Positions 24,933 to 36,818 of a DNA stretch of 64,000 nt are shown piece after piece; positions within the stretch are counted from its first letter, which is position 1; each line of letters begins with the position of its first letter. The position numbers and the translations under genes were made by a program. Source of the stretch: Pseudovirgaria hyperparasitica (taxonomy: Eukaryota). The stretch lies in the NCBI GenBank assembly GCA_010093815.1, contig ML996566.1; one strand, 5' to 3'. The notes under the pieces are model-generated. The model was not told where the DNA came from. It was given only the letters and a program-made list of their open reading frames with translations, and ran no database searches.

Positions 24933-26851
24933 TCATTTTTGAGTTTTACCGGAGTCCAGGATGGTGATCGGGACCGGGCTTTCCCCACGTATCGTTTTTG
25001 GCCGCATTCTTGCGCGGCTGTGAAATAGGGGCATGGGCATTGTAGCTAACGGTGTAGCTGGTGCTACTGTAGACGGTGACTGTGGTCGCTTTAGTTCAAT
25101 TTCCTTGAGCCCATAGGGAAGAAGCTAACCTGAAGTGGTGTATTGATGACTTCAAGTCCTGGAACAAATGAGAGTGGCCGATCATGTCGAGACTCTCTGA
25201 TGATGTTGAGCTGGGCATTTTCCATCGTGGCGCTGAAACCTTCAGCTGCTTGGCTATGCAGTTCGACAGGAGTCAGCAACCCTGGTTCCTGTATTGATCT
25301 GAAGGCTAATCGTGCTTTAGGCATGAGCTTCGAAAACGCGTCCGTAACCTCTTGCCACAACTGTTGAATTTCGTTCCTATCAATGCCTTCTGTGCGCAGA
25401 ATCAAACGTTCTCTCGTCGCACCTTGGCGGCAAGAGACAGCTGGTTTTCGTTTCAATCCACAATTATTGTCAATGTTCAAGAGTTCCTGTATCTCTTTTT
25501 GGACCTTTTCTTGATGTCTTTCATCTTTATCATCCTCCTCAGGCTCTTCTTTCGCAACTGCTAGAGTACGTTCCCTCGATACGTGCCTCTCTGTTCTCGG
25601 GCTAGATGTCTCAGCGTATGTAAGCAACCACTCTTCTACCTTTCTGCTTTTCTGAAGTATCTCTATTATGCCCCATACTCTCTCCAGCAGCATTTCGAGG
25701 TCCTCCATAGTGAATGTACTGATGTCGACAAGGATCTCGAACAGTCGGGAGCTGTGATGTATATCGAGCACTTGGCATTTACACCGGTTCTTTTCCATGA
25801 ATTCCCACATTGACTGAAAACATGTGCTTAAACAAGTTGTATCAGAGCACATCTCTTCGAGGGTGCTGATACGAGTTAGCGACTTTCAGATCATTTCATA
25901 CTTGCGGACATACGGTTTAGCATGTTGCCACTTTTGATGCTCTTCATGTAGAGACTGCCGAGTTTCCAACTCTGGCAGTTCTAGGTACTCTAGGACTTGT
26001 TGTAGTCGTTTCACAAATCCGTCCAGCTTTGTGTTCCAGAATTTTGACATTCTTCTGCAATTGACTTCGGCATCGTTCAACTTTTCTTCATTCAGATATT
26101 GTCTCGACGCAGGTTCCACCAACGAAAATGAGTGTAAGTTGTTTCCTATCCAATTGAGGGCGTTGTTCCAGTACAGCATAGTTACCTTTGTGCTGCCTTC
26201 GGGTATGTGGTATGACTTGAATGCATCATGTATACTGCATTGGGACTCGTTCCAGGCGGCAGTAACGACTGGAAACCCCTGCCTGTCCTCAAGATCCCTT
26301 GGTACTGAAGCCGAAGCACTTGGTAGGTATTGACGAACAGCAATGATTCTATGCTCAGAATTCTGTCGGATCTCTTCGCTATTAGCTTCCTGTCTAAGAG
26401 ACTCGTGTCGAACAGGTCCTGACCGAACCATGGATGGGAGTTGATTGGAAACTTGACGATCTTCGGCCCTCTCGGACTCAACCAGAGTTGGAAGGAGAAG
26501 CTGGATATGTTGGTGTGATGAAACTCGTGTTATACCTCGTTTGACAATTCTCAAAGGTCTAGGTTTTGAGACAGCTTTATCTTCATTTCCGTCAGAGCCT
26601 TCGTCAGTGTCTATGTCGCTCAGGCATACATTCTGTCGTAGTGTGCTAGGGTCTTTTGGGGTGTGATCAGTAGCCGCATACTGCAAAGGAGAACTGCTCT
26701 GCCTATAGACATTTGGTGATAAGGGGAAACGACAATGGGTTGTACTTGGTGCAGTTGTGACAATTCTTCGCGGCGGATGTCGTATAACGGTGCCACTTGG
26801 CACGTCCTCTTCAAAGGGGACGTTCTGCGTTACAGCGCCGTTTCTTATCAT
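24933..26851 (-). CDS. Hypothetical protein, probably 3 exons
   Basis: The 321-aa and 253-aa ORFs are joined in frame by a phase-2 intron (GTATG..CTAAC..CAG). A further GTTAGC..CAG intron gives a last exon SPSTVAP...GKTQK* ending at 24933. No recognisable domain. Confidence 0.6.
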
Positions 26852-27594
26852 ACTTCCTTGTCCCTGTCTTCACAGGGACAACAGTGGACACAAGCTGAAC
26901 AAAGATAGATCGTCAGGGTAGTTCTCTTCGAACGCTGGTTGGGTGGTTGTAGTTGTCAGACACAGAAGGAGCTCGAGCTTGTCTACCACACGGGAGCCAC
27001 AAAAGTCAAGCGCGGGATTGACATTGGGGTAAAGTGAAGTCCAATCCCTTTCGAAAGCTGCAGCATCGAATCAGCGGCTATCTGCAGCAAAACAATCGCC
27101 AACACTCTCAAATTCCCCTTTTAACTCCACGGTCGAACGTCAATCGCATCTCAACGACTATTTCCTGCGTACATATGCTCAGGGTCTTTAGAACGGCTAG
27201 TGCGAGAAGCAAGTTGAGATCGATAGCCTTCTTGCATTGAAAAGATTCAGTACTGCCTGATATCCCTCACGAACTACTACTTTATGCTACCCCTGTCAAG
27301 TCTTTCCAGCCGCATACCTGTCGTGGAAGGTTGAGATTCCATCAACAGGCCTCGCTGCATTAGCTCTAAGACTGTCCTTTGGGTGATCTGCTCCTTTGTC
27401 AGATCGACAAGCCTGCATAGAGATACCATCCCTCGCTGCGCTTGTAGTAGGTTGGAATCGAAGTTCAAGAAGTAAGTACGACTTGTCCCAAATCAAGGAG
27501 ACTACACTAACTTGGCTTCAAATACCAGTATTCGCGGTTCCCATCAAGCTCTAACCCCCTTTGATACCTCGGAAATATACTATTATACAAGAAG

Positions 27595-28191
27595 ATGGCT
27601 CGAATCAAAGGCTACGACTATGAACACCAGACACCTGCGAAGAACCGAGCGGCAGAACTAAAGACTCAACTGTTGAAGAAGACGGGTACGAAAGACTTGA
27701 AAGATCTAGATTACGATGCTCAGACACCCCAAGTGAAAGCAACCCTTACGCGAATCCGCAACTTGGATTTCGGTAACGGAAATTTCTCTGAATACATCTA
27801 CAAGCCTGTTGTGCCTAAGCTACAGCCTGAGATCAAGCATGTTCAAGGATGGAGATACTTCATCTGCTGCCAGTGCAACGGTGTCTGCTGGTTTCTTGAC
27901 AACTCCCTCCAAAGCATTGAGCAATATTCCAAGTGTGGTGACGGCAAAGACCTAGGCCTTGATTACTGTGGACACTCTCGTTGCTCGGGGTGCTTGATTG
28001 AATCTATTGAGGGCGAATCGTGGCTTTCCCCAGGGCTTTCACAAGCTCAAGCAATCACATACTGCAATTGGCAGAGGGGAACGACTTTGGGATTGCCTCA
28101 CCGCAGGCTAGAGGGGGAGAATCGGAGTGATAGCGAGCAAGCTGAGGGCAGCAATGAAGACGTCGATACCGACGATCGGATGAGTGCGTAG
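27595..28191 (+). CDS. Hypothetical 198-aa protein with putative zinc-ribbon motif
   Basis: Single ATG ORF containing WRYFICCQC...C...CGHSRCSGC. Confidence 0.6.
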   Translation: MARIKGYDYEHQTPAKNRAAELKTQLLKKTGTKDLKDLDYDAQTPQVKATLTRIRNLDFGNGNFSEYIYKPVVPKLQPEIKHVQGWRYFICCQCNGVCWFLDNSLQSIEQYSKCGDGKDLGLDYCGHSRCSGCLIESIEGESWLSPGLSQAQAITYCNWQRGTTLGLPHRRLEGENRSDSEQAEGSNEDVDTDDRMSA

Positions 28192-29183
28192 GTGCACACC
28201 CTGACGATTGCAAGGACTGTACAACAGTCGCCGACAAGGAAGCTGTTTTTATTGGCGTTATGGGCTCAGCAGAACATCTAGAGAGCAAAAAATATGCGTC
28301 AGTGAGGGATCATGCATACTTTGAGGCTCCTGGTCTTGATCAATGGAACATCAGGAAGTTATAAAATCTGCTTAACATCATAACTTAGGGACTCAATCAG
28401 TCAATATCATCCATCGAGAAGCCATAATTTGAACATTTCCTGCGCGCAAATGTGTCACAATGGCTCACATATATACTAATATCATCGACTTGTATGCCTC
28501 AACATTGTGTCCAGATGGTGACGAACAACGTACTCACAGCACATAAAGACGCTTCTTTGACCACATTGAAATAACACACCTGGGAGAGGCAGTTGTGTAC
28601 ATTACAGTTGCCCATGTGTCAATTACCCTCGTCAGTAAGATTCTCGAAACCACATTGCTCCACGTCTGCTCGATTTCCTATTGAACCAATCTTCGATTAT
28701 GAGGAACATTATTAAGGAAATATGAACAGTCTGGATCTAGCCCACTAAACATGATCAATGACATAAACTACACAAAGAACATGCCGTTGGGCGAATACTC
28801 GTATGTCACACACAAAGCATACGTATGAATGCTTTTCCTTGATGCGATTACAGAGTCGAAAGTTGACGTTGAGACGTGTGCACTGTGATTGGCTGCCTGA
28901 GAAATAGTCTAGCACTGCCAAGTCTTATGCCCAAATAGGTCTAGGGCTTGAGGATCGGGCGCACTAAGCGAGAATTTGGAGCCCACACACTTCCTTTGCG
29001 GACAGTGATTGCGAACTTCATCCCTCAACTAACCACAGCCGACTCATCACCTCAACATTGCTCTTGGTGCAGACTCGCAAATTTAGGTAGGTCGATATTT
29101 GGACGTTGAACGCCATATGACCTTGGAAGGACTTGCTTGACTGACATACCTGTGGTTCATAGCGACCTCATCAATCTGCAATC

Positions 29184-29898
29184 ATGGGGTATCTATCACC
29201 ACAATTTCGTACTCCTACCAAAGTAATAGCTAACACTCGCCAGTATCTCTCGTGACAGCCGTCACAAGCGCTCCGCCTCCGGCGCAAAGCGCGCATACTA
29301 TCGCAAGAAGAGGTATGCATAACCCGATCGTCTCCGCTATCATGTCTAACAGCATGGTCACAGAGCTTTCGAGAAGGGCCGCCAGCCTGCCAACACCCGT
29401 ATCGGCGCAAAGCGCATCCATCTCGTTCGCACCCGAGGTGGTAACCGCAAATTCCGTGCCCTTCGTCTCGAAACCGGCAATTTCTCATGGGGCTCTGAGG
29501 GCGTTGCCCGCAAGGTCCGTGTGATTGGTGTCGTCTTCCACCCCTCGAACAACGAACTCGTCCGTACAAACACCCTTACCAAATCTGCCGTTGTTCAGGT
29601 CGACGCTGCCCCGTTCAGACAATGGTATGAGGCACATTACGGACACAGCCTCGGACGCAGGAGAGCGCAGAAGGGTGCCGAGCTCATCGAGGACAAGAAG
29701 AGAAGCAAGTCTGTGGAGACCAAACAAGAAGAACGCTACAAGTTGCAGGGCAAGGTTGAGAACGCTCTTGAGCGTCAATTCGAGGCTGGTCGCCTATATG
29801 CCGTCGTTGCATCCCGTCCTGGCCAGAGTGGACGTGTCGATGGTTACATTCTTGAAGGAGAGGAACTGGCTTTCTACCAGCGTGCTATCAGGAAGTAG
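29184..29898 (+). CDS. RPS8: 40S ribosomal protein S8 (eS8)
   Basis: MG|ISRDSRHKRSASGAKRAYYRKKR|AFEKGRQPANTRIG..., SRPGQSGRVDGYILEGEELAFY. Two coding introns (29189-29243 and about 29313-29363). Confidence 0.98.
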
Positions 29899-30558
29899 AG
29901 TAATTACTCTAGGTGAAATCATGGTCGGAGTGATGGTACGACAGGCTAGTCGACTTCGGTTTACGAAATGGCTTCATTATGTCCATTGGGTCAAGGAATT
30001 TAAAAAGCGCCCACGCGTCATATAATGATGACAAGCTGTACATTCTACATTTCTGTCGTTTGCACCGGTGAATATTTCTTCGTGCACACATTTGCTCTAC
30101 AAGCTGTCGATGAGGAGAGCCTGCGCAAGCGTCGCTACTTAACATTCCCGTTACGTCTCCTTAAGCATCCACCCGACCCGTACTCATTCCTATCTAGTGT
30201 ATCTCAGTGAGGTAAGCCTGGCAATGTGCATGAAAGTGGCAGATCATGCATATCCCTGTACCTTTTGGCAGGCAGACGAAATATGAACTGCGACACCGAC
30301 GAAGAATTCGTGGACATTGTCTGTATCACAGCACAGTCAATATGAAGTATTATATGCCAATTATTATGACAGAACCCAAGGATTGATCGTCGTGTAGACG
30401 AGAACCTCGGAGGCCTCAAAAAGTTCTGAGTCGCCAAGACGCGCTTACATAAGACACGAATCCGAAACCTTCAAACCAACGAAGTCACTCAATCGATCAC
30501 CTCCCTAGGTACTCATTCAACGCCCGCCACCTCCACCAGCTCTCCGCTCCATTCAAAA

Positions 30559-31459
30559 ATGATCTCCTCAAGAGTACTAGCGCAGGCCACTCGGTCTGCG
30601 GCTCCTCGTATCCCAATTGCATCCCGGGTCGTCTCCAGGAGCTATGCCGCCGCGGCTTCGGCGCAGAACTCAAAACCTCCCGTCCAGCTATTCGGCGTTG
30701 ACGGAACCTATGCGAGCGCCGCCGTACGTTGTATCCAGCTTCACTTCAGTCTATCACGGGATGGAGATTAAGACAGAGATGATGAATTTTCAAATCAATA
30801 CAGGATGATGGCTAATCGAGTTTGGCCCACAGTACACTGCCGCCGTGAAGACCTCCGCGCTCGATAGCACCGCCAAAGCTCTCGAGAACCTGTCCAATGT
30901 CTTCAAGAAAGACGCCAAGCTCGCGCAGATTCTTGCTGCCCCAACTCTGACCGTGAGCGACAAGAAGCAAATCATTGCCGAGCTCCAGAAACATGTTGGT
31001 CAGGACAAGGAGAATGTCGTCAAGAACCTGTTGAACACCCTGGCCGAGAACAACCGTCTGGGCGTACTCGAGGGTGTGTGTGACAAGTTTGGATCGTTGA
31101 TGGGAGCTGCTCGCGGAGAAATTGAGATGACCATCACCAGCGCTGCTGTAAGCCGCTTCATGACGAATTTGAGAAGCAGGAAGAGAAAAACTAATACCGT
31201 TTAGCCTCTTGACACCAAGCAGGTTCGTCAGTTGGAGACTGCAGTCTCCAAGTCGCAATACGTTGGACAGGGACAGAAGCTCAAGGTCGTGCCAAAGGTA
31301 AGTTCATTGAAGGTGGATGTATACACAATGCCTAACAAAGGACAGGTTGACCCTGAGATCCGAGGAGGATTGATTGTTGAGATTGGCGACCGGACGATCG
31401 ACCTGAGCGTTTCATCGAAGATGGCTAAGATGAACAAGCTGCTCAAGGATCAGCTATAG
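30559..31459 (+). CDS. ATP5: Mitochondrial ATP synthase subunit 5 (OSCP)
   Basis: KPPVQLFGVDGTYASA, NLLNTLAENNRL, ITSA.PL, VDPEIRGGLIVEIGDRTIDLSVSSK. Three introns. Confidence 0.97.
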
Positions 31460-31838
31460 ATATGCATATCACTTAGAATTTGCTTGAAGGAGCAGACCAA
31501 TGTACATTGTAACCATGCTGTCCTACTAGTATAGTTTAAATCCCACAAGCCGTTTCCTTGGTATAGTTGAGCCGCAAGCATCGCAGAGCACAGTGTGCAG
31601 GTCTCCTGCCTAGAGGCGTACGTTGGTCGATGTCTGAAATGATCATGCGAACCTGTTTCCGTTCTACTAGTCGATAAGGAGCTACTGCTCCATTGTCCGC
31701 GACAAACACAGGGGGCTTGCGAGCTGGGTGCTTGGTCTGCGGCTGCCATGAAACAGCACTGCCTCATGCGCAGCCAGCGACTTTGCGATGTGTGGGCATG
31801 AAGCTGGAGTCGTTGTGTCTATAACGTCTCCATAGTGA

Positions 31839-32491
31839 TCAGCCCTTGGAAGATTCAGCGCAGAGCTTCTTAAGTCTCTGTAGGTTTTCTTCCGTATCCT
31901 GACTCAAATCGGCGTCGCTGCCGGCTGGTTGAGCAAACTTCCCATACCTCAGATCGCTCAAGCCGCCGATGATGCCTTGGATCTTTTGTAATTTGCTCGC
32001 CGCTTCTGCCTCCAGGGCTGTGATCTCGGCTTCTACGTCGTTGCAAGCCGAATCCAGGGCAGCCTGGAGGGTGACTGGGGTGTGGGCTTTGTTCGATGGG
32101 CGGTGCTGAGATTGGCCAAACAGCTGCAAACGGCAATCAGTGATGATAGATTTTCGCGCACAAAGAGAGCCCCCTGAAGTACCTGTGCTTCCATCCGGAT
32201 GTCTGCCATATCTACACCCTCCGCAGCCTGTGCATCTTGCTTGCGCCTCGTCCGGATCACTTCGCGCTGGTACTTTTCCCCTCTCTTGACCTCTGACGCG
32301 ATATTGCGCTTGACGTCGTCTGTATCGATAGCGCGCTGGTGCTGGAACTCGCGGTAGATTAGCTCTATCTGTGGACTGGAGTGGTATTTGCGCGGGAACA
32401 GAGCGGTAAAGTCGTCGAGACTGAGGACTTGGTGGAGCGGAGCAGGGGGGATCAGGAAGTTTGTGAGTATTGAGCTCTCAGTAGGTGCCAT
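31839..32491 (-). CDS. CNL2: Cnl2/Nkp2 family kinetochore protein, 2 exons
   Basis: MAPTESSILTNFLIPPAPL..LSLDDFTALFP, C-terminal IGGLSDLRYGKFA. Confidence 0.85.
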
Positions 32492-32820
32492 ACTCGTCGT
32501 GAGACCTCAGCGCAAGCAGATTACGGGTGGTTTATAGAGAGACCATGTGGCGGGCTGGTGAACTGGAGTTACAATATCCCAATCTCTGGGGGTTAATTAA
32601 GGAATGCCAAGCCGACGCGTCTCGCGCGTTCCATTCGTGAACACTTTCACCCTTTCACACCTATACTTGCCTGAAAGACGGACGGCCCCATGTGACCTGC
32701 GCGCACCAAGCTCACCTTTCTTCCTACATCTGAATCTGCTTATGACCCTGAGGTGCTATATAGGACTTGCCGGCTGCAAAACTTTGACTGTCTTGGATAA
32801 TCCATCGCTGCTTGGTCGAC

Positions 32821-34400
32821 ATGGCGCCTGCACCGCAAGCGATGTTTGCGACGGATGAGAAAGCGCTCTGCTTCCACCATGAGCTGCTCTACGAGGCCAA
32901 GGTACTGCAAGTCAGACAGAAGGACCCGACGGACAAGAAGAGTACTTTTGAATACAAGGTCCACTACAAGGGCTGGAAGAATACGTAAGTTACTGTCTAT
33001 CCTGTCCCAGCATATTTCTTCAAAAGAAGTTTCTTTTCAGAAGGGGAAGGCACGGCAATCTGGCAGATCGGTAGACTTGCGACCTTTGCAAAAGTAGCGC
33101 TTCTCATTATCTTCTTGTACTGGTTATTCAAGATTCTACTGCTACGTTTTGCGAGTTCCACCCCCTCCCCCTCTTCATCATCCCTATCCTCATCACTGTC
33201 TTCACTCTTTACGGCGATGCGTCCAAAGCTACGGCTCAGACTTGAGCACAACTCACCAAAGTCTAGTTGGGACGACTGGGTTCCCCAAGAACGGTTGCGG
33301 AAGAACACCGAGGAGAATCGGGAGATTGCGACGAACCTGAGGAAGGAGATGGAGGCGTTGCAGAAGCGCAGCACGAAACCAGCGCCTGTATCGCACAAGA
33401 AGCGGACCGACCGAGCCTCGGAGGACCGGCAATCGTCGCTTGCAGCTGGCTCTCGGGGACAGAAGCGGGGACGAGACTTTGAGATTGACAGAGTAAGTGA
33501 CTGATTTTGTTCGCGAGTTCTCGACTGCAGATATTGCATGGCTTTTGTGAGGTCCTCGATTTACTCAGGATGCACTTGCGGGGTTACTTGTGGGAGAGTG
33601 TTGGGAAAGGGGGTGAGGACGTGGTTCTGTGTCGTTCACTTTGAAGCCGTGCAATTTCCCTCACATGTCTAATCTTCATCAAGCCTCCTGGCAATTGGTG
33701 AAAAGCACAAGTTGCTAACACATCGACACAGGAAGAAAGCATAACAGTACGGCCAATAGTGCCCCTGCACATGCCAGACCGGCTGAAGAGCCTCCTGGTA
33801 GACGACTGGGAGAACATCACCAAGAACGCGCAACTCATGCAGCTGCCAACCAAGATGCCCGCCGGCATCATCCTCGACGAGTACGCCGCGATCGAGCGCG
33901 AGAAGCGCAAGGCAGGGTCCGCCGAAGCCGACATTCTCGAAGAAGTCGTGGCTGGAGTGAAGGAATATTTCAACAAGGCGCTTGGCCGCATCCTGCTGTA
34001 CCGCTTCGAGCGCCAGCAGTACTACGAGATCCACAAGGAGATTGACTCGCCCACCTCCGACCTCGCCGGCAAGCCGCTCTCAGACGTGTATGGCGGGGAG
34101 CACCTGCTGCGTTTGTTTGGTAAGTCGCGGCGTCAACAGATGAGCAGCTTTTCCTATTGTTTTCTTTCTTACCCCTGACCTGCACAAGTTTGCTGACGGC
34201 TAGTTGGGGGACAAGTAGTTACGATGCCGGAGCTGATTGCGCAGACGAATATGGACCAGCAGTCGGTCAACCGTCTCCGGGAGGAGCTGGTGCGCATGAC
34301 GACTTGGCTGGCCAAGGAGCCGAATGTGGGACGGTACTTTACGTCGGAGTACGAGAGCACGAACAGCACGTACAAGGACAAGATTAATGCTGGCGGCTGA
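32821..34400 (+). CDS. EAF3: Chromatin modification protein Eaf3 (chromo barrel + MRG domain)
   Basis: LCFHHELLYEAK, VHYKGWKNT|WDDWVPQERLRK, LKSLLVDDWENITK, LGRILLYRFER, VYGGEHLLRLF|VTMPELIAQTNMD. Confidence 0.96.
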
Positions 34401-34716
34401 GCAGGGCAGGGCGGGAGGAGGTATGGGGCACGCAGTAGTAGTATTAGTAGATGAATGTATACAGCCATGGATGGTTGGGAGCGCAGAGTATGGACGGTTG
34501 ATGCGACTATATCATAGCATAGCTGCCATAGCCATAGACAGGGCAGACGCAGGCAGCAGTGCGGAAAGCAAAGAGGGCCATTTCTGGACATGTAATATTA
34601 TATACCTATAAAAAGCCAACTTTGTAGGCTGTTCTAGTAGTCTTTCTTCGCGTGCGTACGGCTCTTGAAAAAGCGATCACGGACGACAGACAGACAGGAG
34701 GGTAGAACAGATATAT

Positions 34717-34800
34717 AAGGCACCAAGGCATGGAGACATCGAGGCACAAAGATATCAAGGCAGCAAGGCATCAAGATATCAAGGCACCAAGGCACCACCA
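34717..34800. repeat. Degenerate 8-bp tandem repeat (CAAGGCAC/CAAGATAT)
   Basis: aaggcacc aaggcatg ... aagatatc aaggcagc aaggcatc aagatatc aaggcacc aaggcacc. Confidence 0.7.
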
Positions 34801-35047
34801 GATTATGACCAAAGACGTGTCTGACCTGGACTGGAGTCTTAAGTTGTTACATCGATGCACACATCTCTCTATAATAACTCCAAGACTCAACATCTATCTA
34901 CTGTCGCACACACACACACATGAACGAGACGAGAAAGGACAGGACAGGACAGGAGACAAAGATACGAGCCGGGGAAATGAGCGGGACATGACATACATAC
35001 ATACATGCAATATTACTCATTATTTGTCTTTTTGCGAGGTATGTACC

Positions 35048-35087
35048 TATGTATGTATGTATGTATGTATGTATGTATGTATGTATG
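35048..35087. repeat. (TATG)10 microsatellite
   Basis: Read directly from the sequence. Confidence 0.95.
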
Positions 35088-36818
35088 CATCGTTAATAAT
35101 TAGCATGCAGGTGACTTGGACGGATGGGAAGGTCTGGAACCGAGACGGGGCGAGGGCGAGGGCGTTAGATGTGTAGGGTGTAGGGTGTAGGGCAGGTAGG
35201 TAGATACGTAGATACAGGCATGTAGGGTGTAGATTGGGTCCTGCGTTGTGGTGCGGCGGTGCAGTATATGTCTACTACACCTGACGGTACAGGTAAGATA
35301 TCTAGTGGGAGGTTGGCAGTGGCGCAGCAGGGTGCAGCTGGCAGCAGCGAGAAAGCGAGCGAGCGAAACACACATTGCTGTCACAGCTGAGATCAGTCTG
35401 CATAGCATAGCATTGCATACATAGTTATTATTGTTTATTTTCTTTCTTGTCTCTCTCTGACAGACAGACACAGACTGAATCGATAGTTGGATGTCGATAG
35501 TTGGATGGTAATATGGTGTGGTATACGGTTGGGCTCTGTTTGATGTGTGGGAACTGGCCGGGAATTCCCCTGAAGCGGGAAAATGGAAAATGGAAAAAAT
35601 TGTTCACAAAGAAGTAGCTAATGATCCATCCCATCCCATCCCATCCCACGCTCAGCCGATCAATCACCGGATACTTTCATTGTTGGGTTGGATGTTTTTC
35701 GGGGGGTTTTTGGGTTAGTTGGTTGGTTGGGTCCGGGGGAGAATTGACGGGGTGCTTTGGGCGAGTGGATGAGTGTGATGGAAGTGAGGATGGACATGGA
35801 CAGGCCTTGATATATGGGATGTCCCGGCTTCGTATGTTTGTTTGTTTTGTTTGTTTGGTTGTTTGTCTATTATGTGGCAGGCTGAAAAAGCAAACGGGGA
35901 GCCAGTACAATGGTGATGACGATGTAGCCCCAGAACGCCGGCCGGCCTGCCCGCCCCAAGACGGCATATACTGCACTGTAGGCTGTAGTTAGGCTGGAGT
36001 AGCGTCGATCTAGCGGGGGGAGTGGGCAGCGTGTCTCGCCCGATTTGGCGGGAATCTAGTGCGGAGGGGGAATCTAGTTGGGCGCGAGGCAGCCAACACA
36101 CGCGCAGAGTTTAGGGGCGGCCGAGGGGGAAAGCCGCGCCGAAAACAGGCGGGCGGGCGGCGGCCAGGCGCAAAGAATTAGTGGCAGCAGTTGTCAGGTT
36201 TAGTGCTAGCAGCTTGTGTTGTCAGTAATTAGTGTCAGATCCATTCACATCCAACGCTCCCGTGTTCCGATTCCGTCCAGCTGCGAGATGTTTGCAGACA
36301 GACAGACTGACAGACCGGGCCTGGACTCGTCAAGACCGCCTTTTCTCTCTTTCTTCCATTATTATTGCCCGCTCTCACTCACTCCCTCACTCTCACTCTC
36401 CCACATAATTATCACATCCACTTCATTTCCTCCGCTACCACTCTCGCCTCACCTTCCTACTCTTCTCCACTTTGCCATCTTTTGTGCATTCTCGTCATTT
36501 ACCATTTGACATCGGTCATCATACCACTGCTCGATATTATATACATATTATATATACACACGATACCTACACCCTGCGAGGGCCCCCACCCCGATCCGTC
36601 ATTTCTCCACGATTTGCCCAACAACCTCAACACCATCCTCTACTCTCCACGATTTGCCTCGTAATCAGTCGAGAGCCACGGGGCTTGAGCGACCGCGCTC
36701 TGAAAGTCTGCACTGCGCCGATATGACGAGCACGCCGACAACAAGAACCCTCCAAACCCCGTCTTCGCTTCTCGAGCACAACCGCAGCTAAACACACTCT
36801 ATCGGATAGATATAGACT

